Source of the DNA: a virus
Taxonomy: Duplodnaviria; Heunggongvirae; Uroviricota; Caudoviricetes
Virus record (IMG/VR): IMGVR_UViG_3300045988_149344
Strand: one strand, 5' to 3'
DNA: 51,994 nt
Part shown: piece by piece, positions 19,039 to 28,051 of the stretch
How the letters are laid out: each line of letters begins with the position of its first letter
Position numbering within the stretch: the first letter of the stretch is position 1
Made by a program: the position numbers and the translations under genes
Notes under the pieces: generated by a model
What the model saw: the letters and a program-made list of their open reading frames with translations, nothing else
The model's database searches: none
Told to the model about the DNA's origin: nothing

Positions 19039-20628
19039 TTACTTAATAAGCAGCGGTACGCCCTGGATACGACGGGCTACGCCAGTCGGGCAGCAGGCCC
19101 AGACTACTTCCCATTTATCGAATTCCGCCTGCGTAACTTTCAGCACATACGGTTCTGTACCGTCAGCATCGGGATCACGAGGAGCCACCAGAGCGCCGGA
19201 GGCGACAAAGCGATCTAAAAGTTTGGTCATCCCTTTAGTCAGGCCAGCCGCAGTAATACCGTCCGGGCTATGCTTCATCTGTCGGGCTAACTGGACAAAG
19301 AAACGACTGATTGCATTCATCAGGGATGGGACGTGCTGGAAGTGCAGATAGTTATCCTGCGTGCAGCAAGTTAAAGCATCGTCGATGATCATCTGGCCAG
19401 AGGTGCCAACAGATACTTTATTGAGACGGCCCTTGACCATTGCTTCTTCGTCCGGGGTATCTTCCGGATACAGCGGTTGAATTGACGCACGAGCAATGAC
19501 GGCACGTTCTTCACCAGCCGGTGAGTAATGCCAACCGCCGACATCAGAGTTTTTCTTGACGCCACGAGCTTTCGCCGCATACGCCGCGCCAGACAGACCG
19601 AAGACCACACGGGATTGGGTCCATTTGTCTTTGCAGGAGAACGGGTAGTGATAGACAGAACAGCTTACATAATCGGTACCAAGTAAACCGGTACCCTCAA
19701 CAGCTGTTAGTGCTTCTGCGTACCTTAATGTCGGTTTGACATCAAAGAAGCCATCAATCAGGCGATCTGCACAGATTTTACCTAATGCGGTGATAGCCGC
19801 ATTGTCATAGCAGCCCAGGCCAAGAACAGCGGTGTACATGTACGGCGCATTATTCAGCACTTTAACCGCACGCAGGTAAGCAGCGGTTGAGATTTTCGAC
19901 TGATCGCCATTGGTACCGCCAGTGAATGCCACCGATTTTTTATTTGTTACTTTCGCTGTAGAAATCAGCTCTTCATTAACAACCGCACGCAGATATTTAG
20001 AACGGGCTTCCAGAGCCGTAGGCAGATAACACAAGCGGCCCATGTCATCTTTCGCTTCTTCCGCCAAAGACACAGTGTGTGTCTCCAGGGTCGTTACCAC
20101 ACCGAGCGAAGTCGTCTGGGTCAGTTTTAAGAGGAAGCGTTCATTACCCGCGCTGTCCGCTGTTGCCGTTTCGATGGTTAACTCACGGGTAGGTGAAATA
20201 CACGGATCACCATCATCAACGTAGATAGCAAAGGCTTCGCCGCTATCAAGTTCAATTTCAGAACCGTATGGCAACGCACTGTTAGCCGGTTCGCCTGATT
20301 CATCGAACATAATAATCGGGAACTTCGCATCATCCGGAACAGCACGGACAACATAACCAGACGTTTGCTGAATAGCTTCGTACACATGGCGAATTGGTTC
20401 AAACTGTGAGCCGGAAGACGGCTTCAGCGGTTCGCCAAGAACATCTTCGTAATTGGACTCAGTAACCGCAAGAACAGTAAACGGCTTGCCACGCGCAAAT
20501 ACGCCAATACCAGCCCACAAGCTGCTATTTAATGCAACACCGGTAGATAACGTCGCATCGGCATTGATCGGGCTAACCGCGACGCCGGATGCATTACCTA
20601 ATGACTGTTGAATTGAATATTGAGACAT
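19039..20628 (-). CDS. Putative tail sheath protein (529 aa)
   Basis: C-terminal region has the sheath-like W-x-SPAG pattern (GGWHYSPAGEERA) and downstream blocks resembling the T4 gp18 C-terminus. Confidence 0.5.
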   Translation of the reverse strand: MSQYSIQQSLGNASGVAVSPINADATLSTGVALNSSLWAGIGVFARGKPFTVLAVTESNYEDVLGEPLKPSSGSQFEPIRHVYEAIQQTSGYVVRAVPDDAKFPIIMFDESGEPANSALPYGSEIELDSGEAFAIYVDDGDPCISPTRELTIETATADSAGNERFLLKLTQTTSLGVVTTLETHTVSLAEEAKDDMGRLCYLPTALEARSKYLRAVVNEELISTAKVTNKKSVAFTGGTNGDQSKISTAAYLRAVKVLNNAPYMYTAVLGLGCYDNAAITALGKICADRLIDGFFDVKPTLRYAEALTAVEGTGLLGTDYVSCSVYHYPFSCKDKWTQSRVVFGLSGAAYAAKARGVKKNSDVGGWHYSPAGEERAVIARASIQPLYPEDTPDEEAMVKGRLNKVSVGTSGQMIIDDALTCCTQDNYLHFQHVPSLMNAISRFFVQLARQMKHSPDGITAAGLTKGMTKLLDRFVASGALVAPRDPDADGTEPYVLKVTQAEFDKWEVVWACCPTGVARRIQGVPLLIK

Positions 20629-20643
20629 AACTTTCCCTGTTAT

Positions 20644-20662
20644 GCGCCCCGCGCGGGGGCGC
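20644..20662 (-). promoter_or_regulatory. GC-rich hairpin between capsid and sheath genes (possible attenuator or processing site)
   Basis: GCGCCCCGCGCGGGGGCGC, a 7-bp GC stem without T-tract, in the 60-nt gap between the two genes. Confidence 0.3.
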
Positions 20663-20688
20663 TATGTTAAACGGAGAGCTTCCCCTGA

Positions 20689-22395
20689 TTACTCAGAGTC
20701 ACCAGCATCAATCGTGTTACCGGTCAGGAAGTTAATTCCGCCATTTTTTGCCATAGTCAGAGTTACACGGGTGAAGTAGTCAGCACCGTTGCGTGGATGC
20801 ATATCGTTGATAGCCGAACCCCACAGAGTGGTTCGGTTGACTAGTGCCGGGGTGGTCGGATGCTGGAATGGGACAGCCGGGACTGCATCACCAGTTACGA
20901 AGCCCGCTTTGCCCGGATTTTCATCACGGACGTAGCACAGCACATCCATTGGGCTGAACTGGATACCGTCGGCGGTCAGGTTCGTACAAATACCTTCTGG
21001 TACTTCGAACACTTTGACGTTGCCGAACAGAGTGCCAATGTAGTGGACGTATGGGGTCTGGATGTAATCTTCTGCTGGCTGGAAGAAATCCTTCGGCAAT
21101 TGTTTGAAGAAAGATGCCGCATCAGCACCGGCATACATCCCCATCGCACCAGAAGATTTAACACGCTCAATAATACCGCGATATACCGTCTGGAATTTGC
21201 CTCGAATGATGGTTGCCCACACATCAAAGGTCTGGTTAGCTGGTAGTGCAATATCAAAGGAGTCGGTCGCAAGAGTTCGCCAAATCATGATACGAAGACG
21301 AAGCATATCTTGCTCATGGGACAGGTATTCCTTCAGGGTGCGGAACTGTAGGGAGCCAAGATCCAGACCAAATTCACGCTGTGCTTCATACGCCGCCTGT
21401 ACCGTGTGCTCAGCCGCGATGACGAACTGGTTTGGGAACAGGGTGTAACTCTTCATTTCGTGGTTGATAAGTGGGATCAGCTCAGGAGCTGCTTCTATAT
21501 TGATCTCCGCCTCAATGGCGATCTCAGTGCCTTTATCCGGCGCTTTGGAGAACGACAGGGCAATCTGACCAACGTTGTAATTCAAAGAGCAAGTAACAGT
21601 GATTTGTTCGCCTGCTTTGTTATTGAATGTGTGAAGCAGAGTACCGGAGCCGTTATCAACAACAGACTTAATACGGTTAACGTAGATGTTTGTGCGACCT
21701 TTGCGAATCGGGACATTCTGACCTTCGACATCTTCCATCTTGAAGGTTGCAGTTTTGCTGGTGCCGTCGGAGCTTGCAACCAGCACATAGCGGCGGCGCA
21801 ACTGGCTGTACACGCCAACGGATTGCATGTCCAGAACATCACCAATAGCATAGGAGCCAAAAGAAGAACCCGCTACGTTAAAGATTTCATAGATTTCGGA
21901 CTTGTCACGCGTAACCGGAATGAATGTACACGCATCAGCGGTAGCTGCCCCCAACTGAACAGGCAGGATCATCGCCAAGAATAAAGGCAGACGCATAACC
22001 CCGTCAGAAACACTCATCATCTCTGCCGCGACTGATTCCAGCATCGCTTTATTGGTGGCGTCCATGCTATTGCGGGTGGACTCAATCAGGCAGTTTTCCA
22101 GCGTCTGATGGCAGGAGGCCAGAATTTCCGGACGTGGCATAGATTTATGTGTTGCGGCGTAGTCAGCCAGTGCACTTGCCCACGCTGTAGCGATTTGAGC
22201 GGTGGCATTATCAGAGATACCCGCAAAAATTGGGTCTTTACGTGCAGCTTCAAGGATAGATGCGGCACGCGCGGCATCATCTTTAATGAATTGGTTATCA
22301 GTACCGAACTGCGCAGTGCTTGCCCAGCCAAGCACAGCTTTAGAGCGTTTTGCGATATCTGCAATACGATTCTGGTATTCGCGTAAGTTACTCAA
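20689..22395 (-). CDS. Putative major capsid protein precursor (about 569 aa) with Ala-rich N-terminal propeptide-like region
   Basis: N-terminal ~100 aa Ala-rich and helical; no in-frame ATG near the 5' end; TTG at 22395 has an AAGGAAG ribosome binding site 6 nt upstream. Adjacent to parS/parB, the position I recall for P1 gene 23. Confidence 0.45.
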   Translation of the reverse strand: MSNLREYQNRIADIAKRSKAVLGWASTAQFGTDNQFIKDDAARAASILEAARKDPIFAGISDNATAQIATAWASALADYAATHKSMPRPEILASCHQTLENCLIESTRNSMDATNKAMLESVAAEMMSVSDGVMRLPLFLAMILPVQLGAATADACTFIPVTRDKSEIYEIFNVAGSSFGSYAIGDVLDMQSVGVYSQLRRRYVLVASSDGTSKTATFKMEDVEGQNVPIRKGRTNIYVNRIKSVVDNGSGTLLHTFNNKAGEQITVTCSLNYNVGQIALSFSKAPDKGTEIAIEAEINIEAAPELIPLINHEMKSYTLFPNQFVIAAEHTVQAAYEAQREFGLDLGSLQFRTLKEYLSHEQDMLRLRIMIWRTLATDSFDIALPANQTFDVWATIIRGKFQTVYRGIIERVKSSGAMGMYAGADAASFFKQLPKDFFQPAEDYIQTPYVHYIGTLFGNVKVFEVPEGICTNLTADGIQFSPMDVLCYVRDENPGKAGFVTGDAVPAVPFQHPTTPALVNRTTLWGSAINDMHPRNGADYFTRVTLTMAKNGGINFLTGNTIDAGDSE

Positions 22396-22532
22396 TTTAC
22401 TCTTCCTTAAACACAAGGCACTTGTGTGAATCCCTTTTCGGAAGAGATTTTATTGAAAGTCACTTGTTGACTTTCTCGTGACAAGCAATTTTTTTATTTT
22501 TTTTCGGGAGTAGGGGAGGAAGGTAAAATCCA

Positions 22533-22618
22533 AGGTGAAATCGTGGCGATTTCACCTTGAAATTTTAGAGTGATTTACTTTAAAAACAGTAGGTTAATAG
22601 TGAAATTTGAATGGCGAA
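22533..22618. other. parS partition site (ParB heptamer/hexamer boxes flanking an AT-rich IHF-like core)
   Basis: GTGAAATCGTGGCGATTTCAC (ATTTCAC heptamers and TCGCCA hexamer), AT-rich spacer, then GTGAAAT...TGGCGA again; immediately downstream of parB. Confidence 0.7.
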
Positions 22619-22621
22619 AGT

Positions 22622-23623
22622 TTAAGGCTTCGGCTTTTTATCGAGGCTCTTTCTAAGGATATGCCCAATCATCCTGTCGAGTTCTTCCTGTAGCTCTTTT
22701 GAAAGTCGATTAAACTCATAAGAAAATGCACGGCCTTTCACGCGCTTCCTTGCAAAGCGATCCTTGTCCTCAAATTTCCATAATTCAGTAACTACGGACT
22801 TATCTTTAGAACCTTTATCCGTGAGTAGTGAGGCTTCCTTTGTTATCAAGCGCAGGATTTTATTTTTAACTTCATCTTCGGCCATTTCTTCAATGGATAA
22901 GATGTCGTTTATTTCCGGGGATATGTTTTGAATAAGCTGATCAAACTCTAAATTCTTGTTCCCCATTTCGTCGCCAACAGCACAAAGCGTTTTGTAGTCC
23001 GAAAAGGTTAATTCCGACTGCACAGGGAAAAGGGCGACTAATTCTTCCGGAGCACTCGCTGCCTGGAGAGCACGCGTGACTTTCGCCTGAGACAGCCCTT
23101 CCTTGGCTGCAATATCCTTCTGACTCATCCCATCATTTTTCATTCGCATCAAACGCAGACCTATTTCTCGAATGCTGTGCTGCAATGCTGTCTGAACGTC
23201 TTTCGCTAAATTTTGCGCTTCCTGAACGCTGATCTCCTGGTCCGTGACTAAAACCCGCAACCCTACGTTCTCTAAGATGGCAGAAGCTCGACGCCGGGAA
23301 CCATCCAAAATTTCAATTTTCCCTGTAGCCCGTCTAACACCTATTGCAGGGTAAAATTGCTGATGCTTAATAGTGCTTCGGATACTTTTTAATGATTTTG
23401 GCGTAAGAGATGCCTGGTCACGCCCGTTGTTATGCTGATCAACAAAGGTATCGCTTTCTACCTGGTTCGGAGGTATTACCTCTTCAATAAATGTGGCCTG
23501 GCGACCAGTTGATAACTTGAATACCTGCTCGACTCGATCGCCAGAGGCTGAAGAACTATCAAATCCGCTTAATATTGAAGGATTAAGGGTTCGCCCAATT
23601 GTTGGTCTGTTTTTCTTTGACAT
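22622..23623 (-). CDS. parB: ParB partition protein (333 aa)
   Basis: ParB-type protein downstream of parA and upstream of parS; length matches P1 ParB. Confidence 0.9.
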   Translation of the reverse strand: MSKKNRPTIGRTLNPSILSGFDSSSASGDRVEQVFKLSTGRQATFIEEVIPPNQVESDTFVDQHNNGRDQASLTPKSLKSIRSTIKHQQFYPAIGVRRATGKIEILDGSRRRASAILENVGLRVLVTDQEISVQEAQNLAKDVQTALQHSIREIGLRLMRMKNDGMSQKDIAAKEGLSQAKVTRALQAASAPEELVALFPVQSELTFSDYKTLCAVGDEMGNKNLEFDQLIQNISPEINDILSIEEMAEDEVKNKILRLITKEASLLTDKGSKDKSVVTELWKFEDKDRFARKRVKGRAFSYEFNRLSKELQEELDRMIGHILRKSLDKKPKP

Positions 23624-23639
23624 GGGGGTTTCTTACTCC

Positions 23640-24836
23640 TCAGTTAGATCTGATAAATTCAATACGGTCAAAAACTGCTTTAGCAAAATCTTCCGCGGCA
23701 ATTCGCGCGTTCTTCAATGCATCAGCACTACCAACATACGTTGCCGGGTTAGCTGAAATAACAGTGTCAAAAGACTCGCCGCAACGTTCAAAACCGTCAA
23801 GGCGAGGGAGGACGACATCGAGCATATCCCCACCGAACACTTCTTTAGCCAAGCTATGGCAATACTTATGATCTGCCTTGTTACTCAACTTGGACATAAA
23901 ACCAATGTTAGTCGCAAGCTGGCACTCGCAGCCTTCATCCGAAATGAGTTTCACCAACTCAGGAAGGCGGGCAACGTATTTAAGCGATGAGTGGAAATCG
24001 ACAGTTGCTGGCGGCAGAGGTGTAAACAGTATATTGGCCGAGGCCAAAGCATTTTTCAGGAAGGCGTCAAGGTGAGGACCACTATCAACGAGGATAAAGT
24101 CATAATCGCTCTTCAGCTTATCAATCACATTTTCTTTCAGGACAGCATGGATGTTCTGACCCGGTAGATGCTCATTGCACAGCTCTCTCCAATCGGATGC
24201 AATAAAGGCATCGTCAATCGACGCAGGCATAACGTCAACCCCAGGTACAACAGAAGGAACAATAAACTCCTCTAACAGCTCTTCACGGCTTACATTCTGC
24301 AACATAGCCTGTGCAGATGTTGCGTTTACGATACCAATAGAGTGTTTATGGCTTAAAAACATCGTTGCTGAAGATTGCGGATCAAGGTCAATAACCAGAA
24401 TCCTTAAATCTTCCATCAGAAGATGAGGGTGGGCACGCATTGCATGCGCCAGAGAAACCGTCGATACAGTTTTTGACACACCGCCTTTAAGATTGGAGAT
24501 GAAAATCACATACGCTTCGCTGTAGCGATCCCGGTATTTTGGCACTCCGCGATGTTCATATATGTCAATGATGTTCTGAATTGACATCGCATATTTCATT
24601 GAAGAGCCAGCAGGGCGTTTATCGAAAACATAGCCCTTTTCTTCCATTTCACTTACGGCATAGTCAACGTTCGCTCGAGTCAGTAGAGGCAATTTTGCCA
24701 GTGCCGCTTTCGCATAGACCTGGTAAAACTCGTTCGCGTGTAGCTCATCCTTTTGCAACTGTACTTGTTCAGTCAGAACATTGAGCATTCTGTTTGCTCT
24801 TTGAGCAACCTTGTGAAGCTGGCTGGAATCACTCAT
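23640..24836 (-). CDS. parA: ParA partition ATPase (398 aa)
   Basis: Walker A motif KGGVSKT (deviant Walker type), extended N-terminal DNA-binding region typical of type Ia ParA/SopA. Confidence 0.9.
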   Translation of the reverse strand: MSDSSQLHKVAQRANRMLNVLTEQVQLQKDELHANEFYQVYAKAALAKLPLLTRANVDYAVSEMEEKGYVFDKRPAGSSMKYAMSIQNIIDIYEHRGVPKYRDRYSEAYVIFISNLKGGVSKTVSTVSLAHAMRAHPHLLMEDLRILVIDLDPQSSATMFLSHKHSIGIVNATSAQAMLQNVSREELLEEFIVPSVVPGVDVMPASIDDAFIASDWRELCNEHLPGQNIHAVLKENVIDKLKSDYDFILVDSGPHLDAFLKNALASANILFTPLPPATVDFHSSLKYVARLPELVKLISDEGCECQLATNIGFMSKLSNKADHKYCHSLAKEVFGGDMLDVVLPRLDGFERCGESFDTVISANPATYVGSADALKNARIAAEDFAKAVFDRIEFIRSN

Positions 24837-25109
24837 CGAAAGTCATCCTTTATGCTGTATTTTTGAATTTAATTAAAAATGCTGCATAAAATAATAATGT
24901 ATGCGTAGATGCTTGTACATAGCATTCTCTGCATGTTTACTCCTTTGCCAAGTGTGTCACAACATGCTTTGGCATCCTCCACGTATAAAGGACGCGGATT
25001 TCTTCTATGTTCAGGTTGTAGCCTGAATCATTTTGGTGATTTCCTGCTTCAACGGGCAGCCAGGCTTCACTCTCTATCAACTGGTGAGAACGGCTTGCCC
25101 GGCAGCTTC

Positions 25110-25395
25110 GATGTGTGCTGGAGGGAGAATAAAAGTCTAAGATGTGCGATAGAGGGAAGTCGCATTGAATTATGTGCTGTGGAGGGATCGCTGGTATCAA
25201 ATATGTGTGCTGGAGGGAAAGACAGAGAATTACATGTGCGCTGGAGGGAAAAACTGATGGACAGATGTGTGCTGGAGGGAAAGTCTGGGCAAACTGCGGG
25301 GCGTCCCCCTCCAGCGCACATCAAAAACAGGAAATTGGACAAGCCTTCCCGGCAGCACACATTTTTTGAATGCAGCTGCCCTCCAGCACACACTT
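25110..25395. repeat. incA: nine 19-bp RepA iterons (six direct, three inverted)
   Basis: Repeats of GATGTGTGCTGGAGGGAAA and variants on both strands, immediately 3' of repA. Confidence 0.85.
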
Positions 25396-26254
25396 ATTCG
25401 GGGAGTTTCAGCTTTGGATTGCGAGAATGGACGATTACAAAACTTTCCCGGCCTTTCTTCTCAATTGAACAGTCGAGATAGCCGATTGTTTTAAGCTGTT
25501 CTATCGCTTTCTTAATGATACGGTTTTGCTCGCCAACAGCTGACTGCAAAGCCAGGCGCTCACGGATTCGCGCGAACGATAGCGGCAACGGGTTCTGCGG
25601 AAGGCTTTCGATGAAAGTGTAAATGGCTTGTGCAGCTTCTTTCTTCGGAAGGGCACGCAAGGCGTGGTGTTGCAACAGAACGCGATAATCAAGCTGGAAC
25701 AGCTCCCACAACTTCGAATCAGCCTCCAGCTCTATCAGATCAAGGTCAGCATCAAAACGCCCGACCTTCAGCAGACCAGTCTGATAGCCGCCTTTAGCAT
25801 CTTTTCCGCGCTTAAAAGCGATACCCTTGTTACGCAAGCGTCCAAGTGATTCATGAATGGTTAAACGCAGTTTCGCATCCAGACGTTTTGAGGGGAAACC
25901 ACAGGCTTTAGCGAATTCCTGAAACGATAACTGGATGGTGTTTGAGGACAAGCCGTATTTGCTGAACGCGTAGATGACACCGATCCACGTTTTGAAATCA
26001 GTATCCATATCGAGTCGAGGACCGGTGATTTTAATATCATCGTAACCCTCGGCTTTAGCTATCTCCAGCTGGGAAAACGCTTTGGTGGCATCAATCTCTT
26101 TACTTTCTCCTTTGCTCTTTGATGGCTTCGGCACGAATACCCCCAAGCGCATCAACGCTACAGGCTGCACAGTGTTGTTTGAATTAACTGTTAGTTCTTT
26201 TGCCTTACTTTCAATGTCTGCGTAAAGAATATCGGAGATAAATGATTGATTCAT
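25394..26254 (-). CDS. repA: RepA plasmid replication initiator (286 aa)
   Basis: 286-aa ORF flanked by iteron arrays on both sides; P1-type plasmid replicon. Confidence 0.9.
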   Translation of the reverse strand: MNQSFISDILYADIESKAKELTVNSNNTVQPVALMRLGVFVPKPSKSKGESKEIDATKAFSQLEIAKAEGYDDIKITGPRLDMDTDFKTWIGVIYAFSKYGLSSNTIQLSFQEFAKACGFPSKRLDAKLRLTIHESLGRLRNKGIAFKRGKDAKGGYQTGLLKVGRFDADLDLIELEADSKLWELFQLDYRVLLQHHALRALPKKEAAQAIYTFIESLPQNPLPLSFARIRERLALQSAVGEQNRIIKKAIEQLKTIGYLDCSIEKKGRESFVIVHSRNPKLKLPE

Positions 26255-26312
26255 ATTACTTTTTCTGAATTGTGTGGATAGTTTTTATAAGTGGTGATAA
26301 CTACCCAGGCTT

Positions 26313-26540
26313 TCCCGTCAGCACACATCCTATATCCCGCCAGCACACATTAGCAACCCGTCAGCACACATTTTTATCCCTCCAGCACACATCGTTTTCC
26401 CTCCAGCACACATCGCGATACACTTCTAAGCCAGACGTGGCGCGGCCTGCAACGATCAGGGATCTATATGGATCTAATTGGGATCTGTATGGACCTGATT
26501 ATTGGATCTACCCAGTGGATAATGTGGATAAGTGAAAAAC
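26313..26540. other. oriR: five incC iterons, five GATC sites, tandem DnaA boxes
   Basis: Five CCAGCACACAT-type iterons at 26313-26414; GATC cluster at 26455-26510; TGGATAATGTGGATAAG (two TTATCCACA-type DnaA boxes on the other strand) at 26513-26534. Confidence 0.8.
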
Positions 26541-26580
26541 CGGCCACTGAGGACCGATTTCTGTGAAGAGTTGAAGCGAA

Positions 26581-26805
26581 TTAGTTGTCGTTTTCCGTAC
26601 CTACTTCTTCGATCAACAAACTACTTGTATAGATGCGTAACGTATCACCTTTGTAGAGGAATTGATAACCAACACCTCCTATGGCAGGGAGGTCGGGGAA
26701 CATTTCAGAAGCAACCCCAGAGCAAATCACGGCGATACAGTCATCCCGCTGTACATCCTTACGCTCTGTACTCAAAGTTTGCTCTTCCCCGATTGCCTTT
26801 GTCAT
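26581..26805 (-). CDS. Hypothetical small protein (74 aa)
   Basis: ORF with GAGGAG immediately upstream; in the same frame as the 48-codon ORF at 26836-26982, separated by a single TAA. Confidence 0.3.
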   Translation of the reverse strand: MTKAIGEEQTLSTERKDVQRDDCIAVICSGVASEMFPDLPAIGGVGYQFLYKGDTLRIYTSSLLIEEVGTENDN

Positions 26806-26835
26806 CTCCTCATCTTCGTACGCAACAGGGATATA

Positions 26836-26982
26836 TTAAATCGCATCAGGCGTTTTGATACCCAGTTCTTCAGCAATCTCGAACGCCTGTTTAAATTGAT
26901 CTGACCCAGGATATCCAACGGTAATACTCTCAATTTCGAACAAAGAAGTAGCGTTGTTTATTTCTTGTTTAACCGCAAACAT
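26836..26982 (-). CDS. Hypothetical small protein (48 aa), not in ORF track
   Basis: ATG at 26982 to TAA at 26838-26836; same frame as the downstream 74-aa ORF. Confidence 0.25.
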   Translation of the reverse strand: MFAVKQEINNATSLFEIESITVGYPGSDQFKQAFEIAEELGIKTPDAI

Positions 26983-27052
26983 GTTGTTTGTCCTTAGTGG
27001 CTTCCTGCCAAAGTAAAGTCATGAGTGTTGATATTACGATTTCTACAGTTGA

Positions 27053-27412
27053 TTAAATCTGCTCGCTGAGCTTTTGCTTCAGCAGATAACCTTCCAGCGG
27101 CCAGATTTTCTCAATGGCGTTCTTACGGGCCACCTTACGGCCAATCTCCGCGTCGAAATTTTCAGGGCTGGCACAGGCGCTTTCCCCGGTAACAATGAAT
27201 CCATTGCACAGCACCAAGACACAGATGGTCAGGCTACGCGTAGAGGGATGAACAGACAGCACCTCACGAACGCCTTCGTGCGCAGCGCGAATGCCGTCAA
27301 AAGCTGTGAAATAATGCTCTTCGGCAATCACACTCTCGATGTGATCAGGAGTCAGGCGTGGTGCTGTTTTGCCTTTGGCCAGAATCTCTTTTTCAATTTC
27401 CATATCGGACAT
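27053..27412 (-). CDS. Hypothetical conserved phage protein (119 aa)
   Basis: Compact ORF upstream of the plasmid origin; no diagnostic motif recognised. Confidence 0.4.
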   Translation of the reverse strand: MSDMEIEKEILAKGKTAPRLTPDHIESVIAEEHYFTAFDGIRAAHEGVREVLSVHPSTRSLTICVLVLCNGFIVTGESACASPENFDAEIGRKVARKNAIEKIWPLEGYLLKQKLSEQI

Positions 27413-27423
27413 AGTTTTTCCTT

Positions 27424-27756
27424 TTAGTTACCGCTGATAGCACGGTTGTAATCATTAACGTTGCGATTCTTCCTGTTAATCCCCTTCAGCATCGTTTCTG
27501 TATCGAGGATATACGCTGGCAGATCATCAAAATATTCACTGCTAAACTCTGGCATTCTGCACATAAATGCACTTTTGGGGGCAGGGTGGTTAACCTTTGT
27601 CGGCGTCGGCGTTAAATTCGCTGATCGACTCCCGGAGCAACCGCTGAGTGTCAGCAGGAATGCGCTGGCGAACATTACCCGCCGCAACCAGTTGTTTCTG
27701 AACTTCAGCTTTTCGTTCCATTTGCCTGTCAGCATACTTGGCTTGTTCTGATTCAT
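27424..27756 (-). CDS. Lipoprotein with Pro-rich mature region (candidate o-spanin)
   Basis: Signal peptide ending in lipobox LSGC; mature part contains TPTPTKVNHPAP; AGGAAG ribosome binding site before the first ATG; its 5' end lies inside the upstream gene in another frame. Confidence 0.45.
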   Translation of the reverse strand: MNQNKPSMLTGKWNEKLKFRNNWLRRVMFASAFLLTLSGCSGSRSANLTPTPTKVNHPAPKSAFMCRMPEFSSEYFDDLPAYILDTETMLKGINRKNRNVNDYNRAISGN

Positions 27757-28012
27757 TTTTCACTTCCTGGCTGTGAAAATGTTGCTCTGCTTTGTTCATC
27801 GTCTCAATGGTCTGGTTAAGATCCATTATTGACTTATCACGTTCCTTAACAGCCTGATCAAGACTGCCAATTTTCTCTATGGCTTGCTTTAGCTGATGAC
27901 GTTCCCATGCAAACCCAGCACCAACAAGTGCGCAAATCAGAACAAGAACACCAGTAGCAGCAAGTTTCTCCTTCAAAGACAAAGCTGTTTTTAACGTAGA
28001 AAAGAATGACAT
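27590..28012 (-). CDS. N-terminally membrane-anchored coiled-coil protein (candidate i-spanin), 140 aa
   Basis: ATG at 28012 with an AGGAGG ribosome binding site 5 nt upstream; N-terminal TM (AATGVLVLICALVGAGFAW) then charged helical region; the lipoprotein gene starts within its 3' third. Confidence 0.45.
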   Translation of the reverse strand: MSFFSTLKTALSLKEKLAATGVLVLICALVGAGFAWERHQLKQAIEKIGSLDQAVKERDKSIMDLNQTIETMNKAEQHFHSQEVKNESEQAKYADRQMERKAEVQKQLVAAGNVRQRIPADTQRLLRESISEFNADADKG

Positions 28013-28051
28013 GTCTTCCTCCTGAAGAAAAATTATCAATGAAGTCCTTTG

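Noticed and set aside
19039-20628. Alternative call of the 529-aa protein as major capsid and the 575-aa protein as sheath
   Set aside because: The 529-aa protein has a sheath-like C-terminal pattern (W-x-SPAG and following blocks), whereas the 575-aa protein has an Ala-rich N-terminal propeptide-like segment typical of processed capsid precursors; still unverified without a search.
22417-22532. Late (Lpa-dependent) promoter upstream of the capsid gene, suggested by a nested palindrome TTGTCACGAGAAAGTCAACAAGTGAC followed by TAAAAT
   Set aside because: I could not recall the P1 late-operator consensus reliably enough to score it, and found no second convincing copy upstream of other late genes.
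24909-25494. CRISPR-like array or coding ORFs (24909-25481, 25067-25393, 25172-25369, 25267-25494) in the 19-bp repeat region
   Set aside because: Repeats are 19 bp with ~11-13-bp spacing, occur in both orientations and flank repA exactly like plasmid iterons; far too short and irregular for CRISPR and no cas genes nearby.
27053-28012. Calling the region a lysis cassette
   Set aside because: Only a spanin-like pair is recognisable; no holin or endolysin motif in adjacent genes, so the lysis assignment is kept as an inference in the findings.
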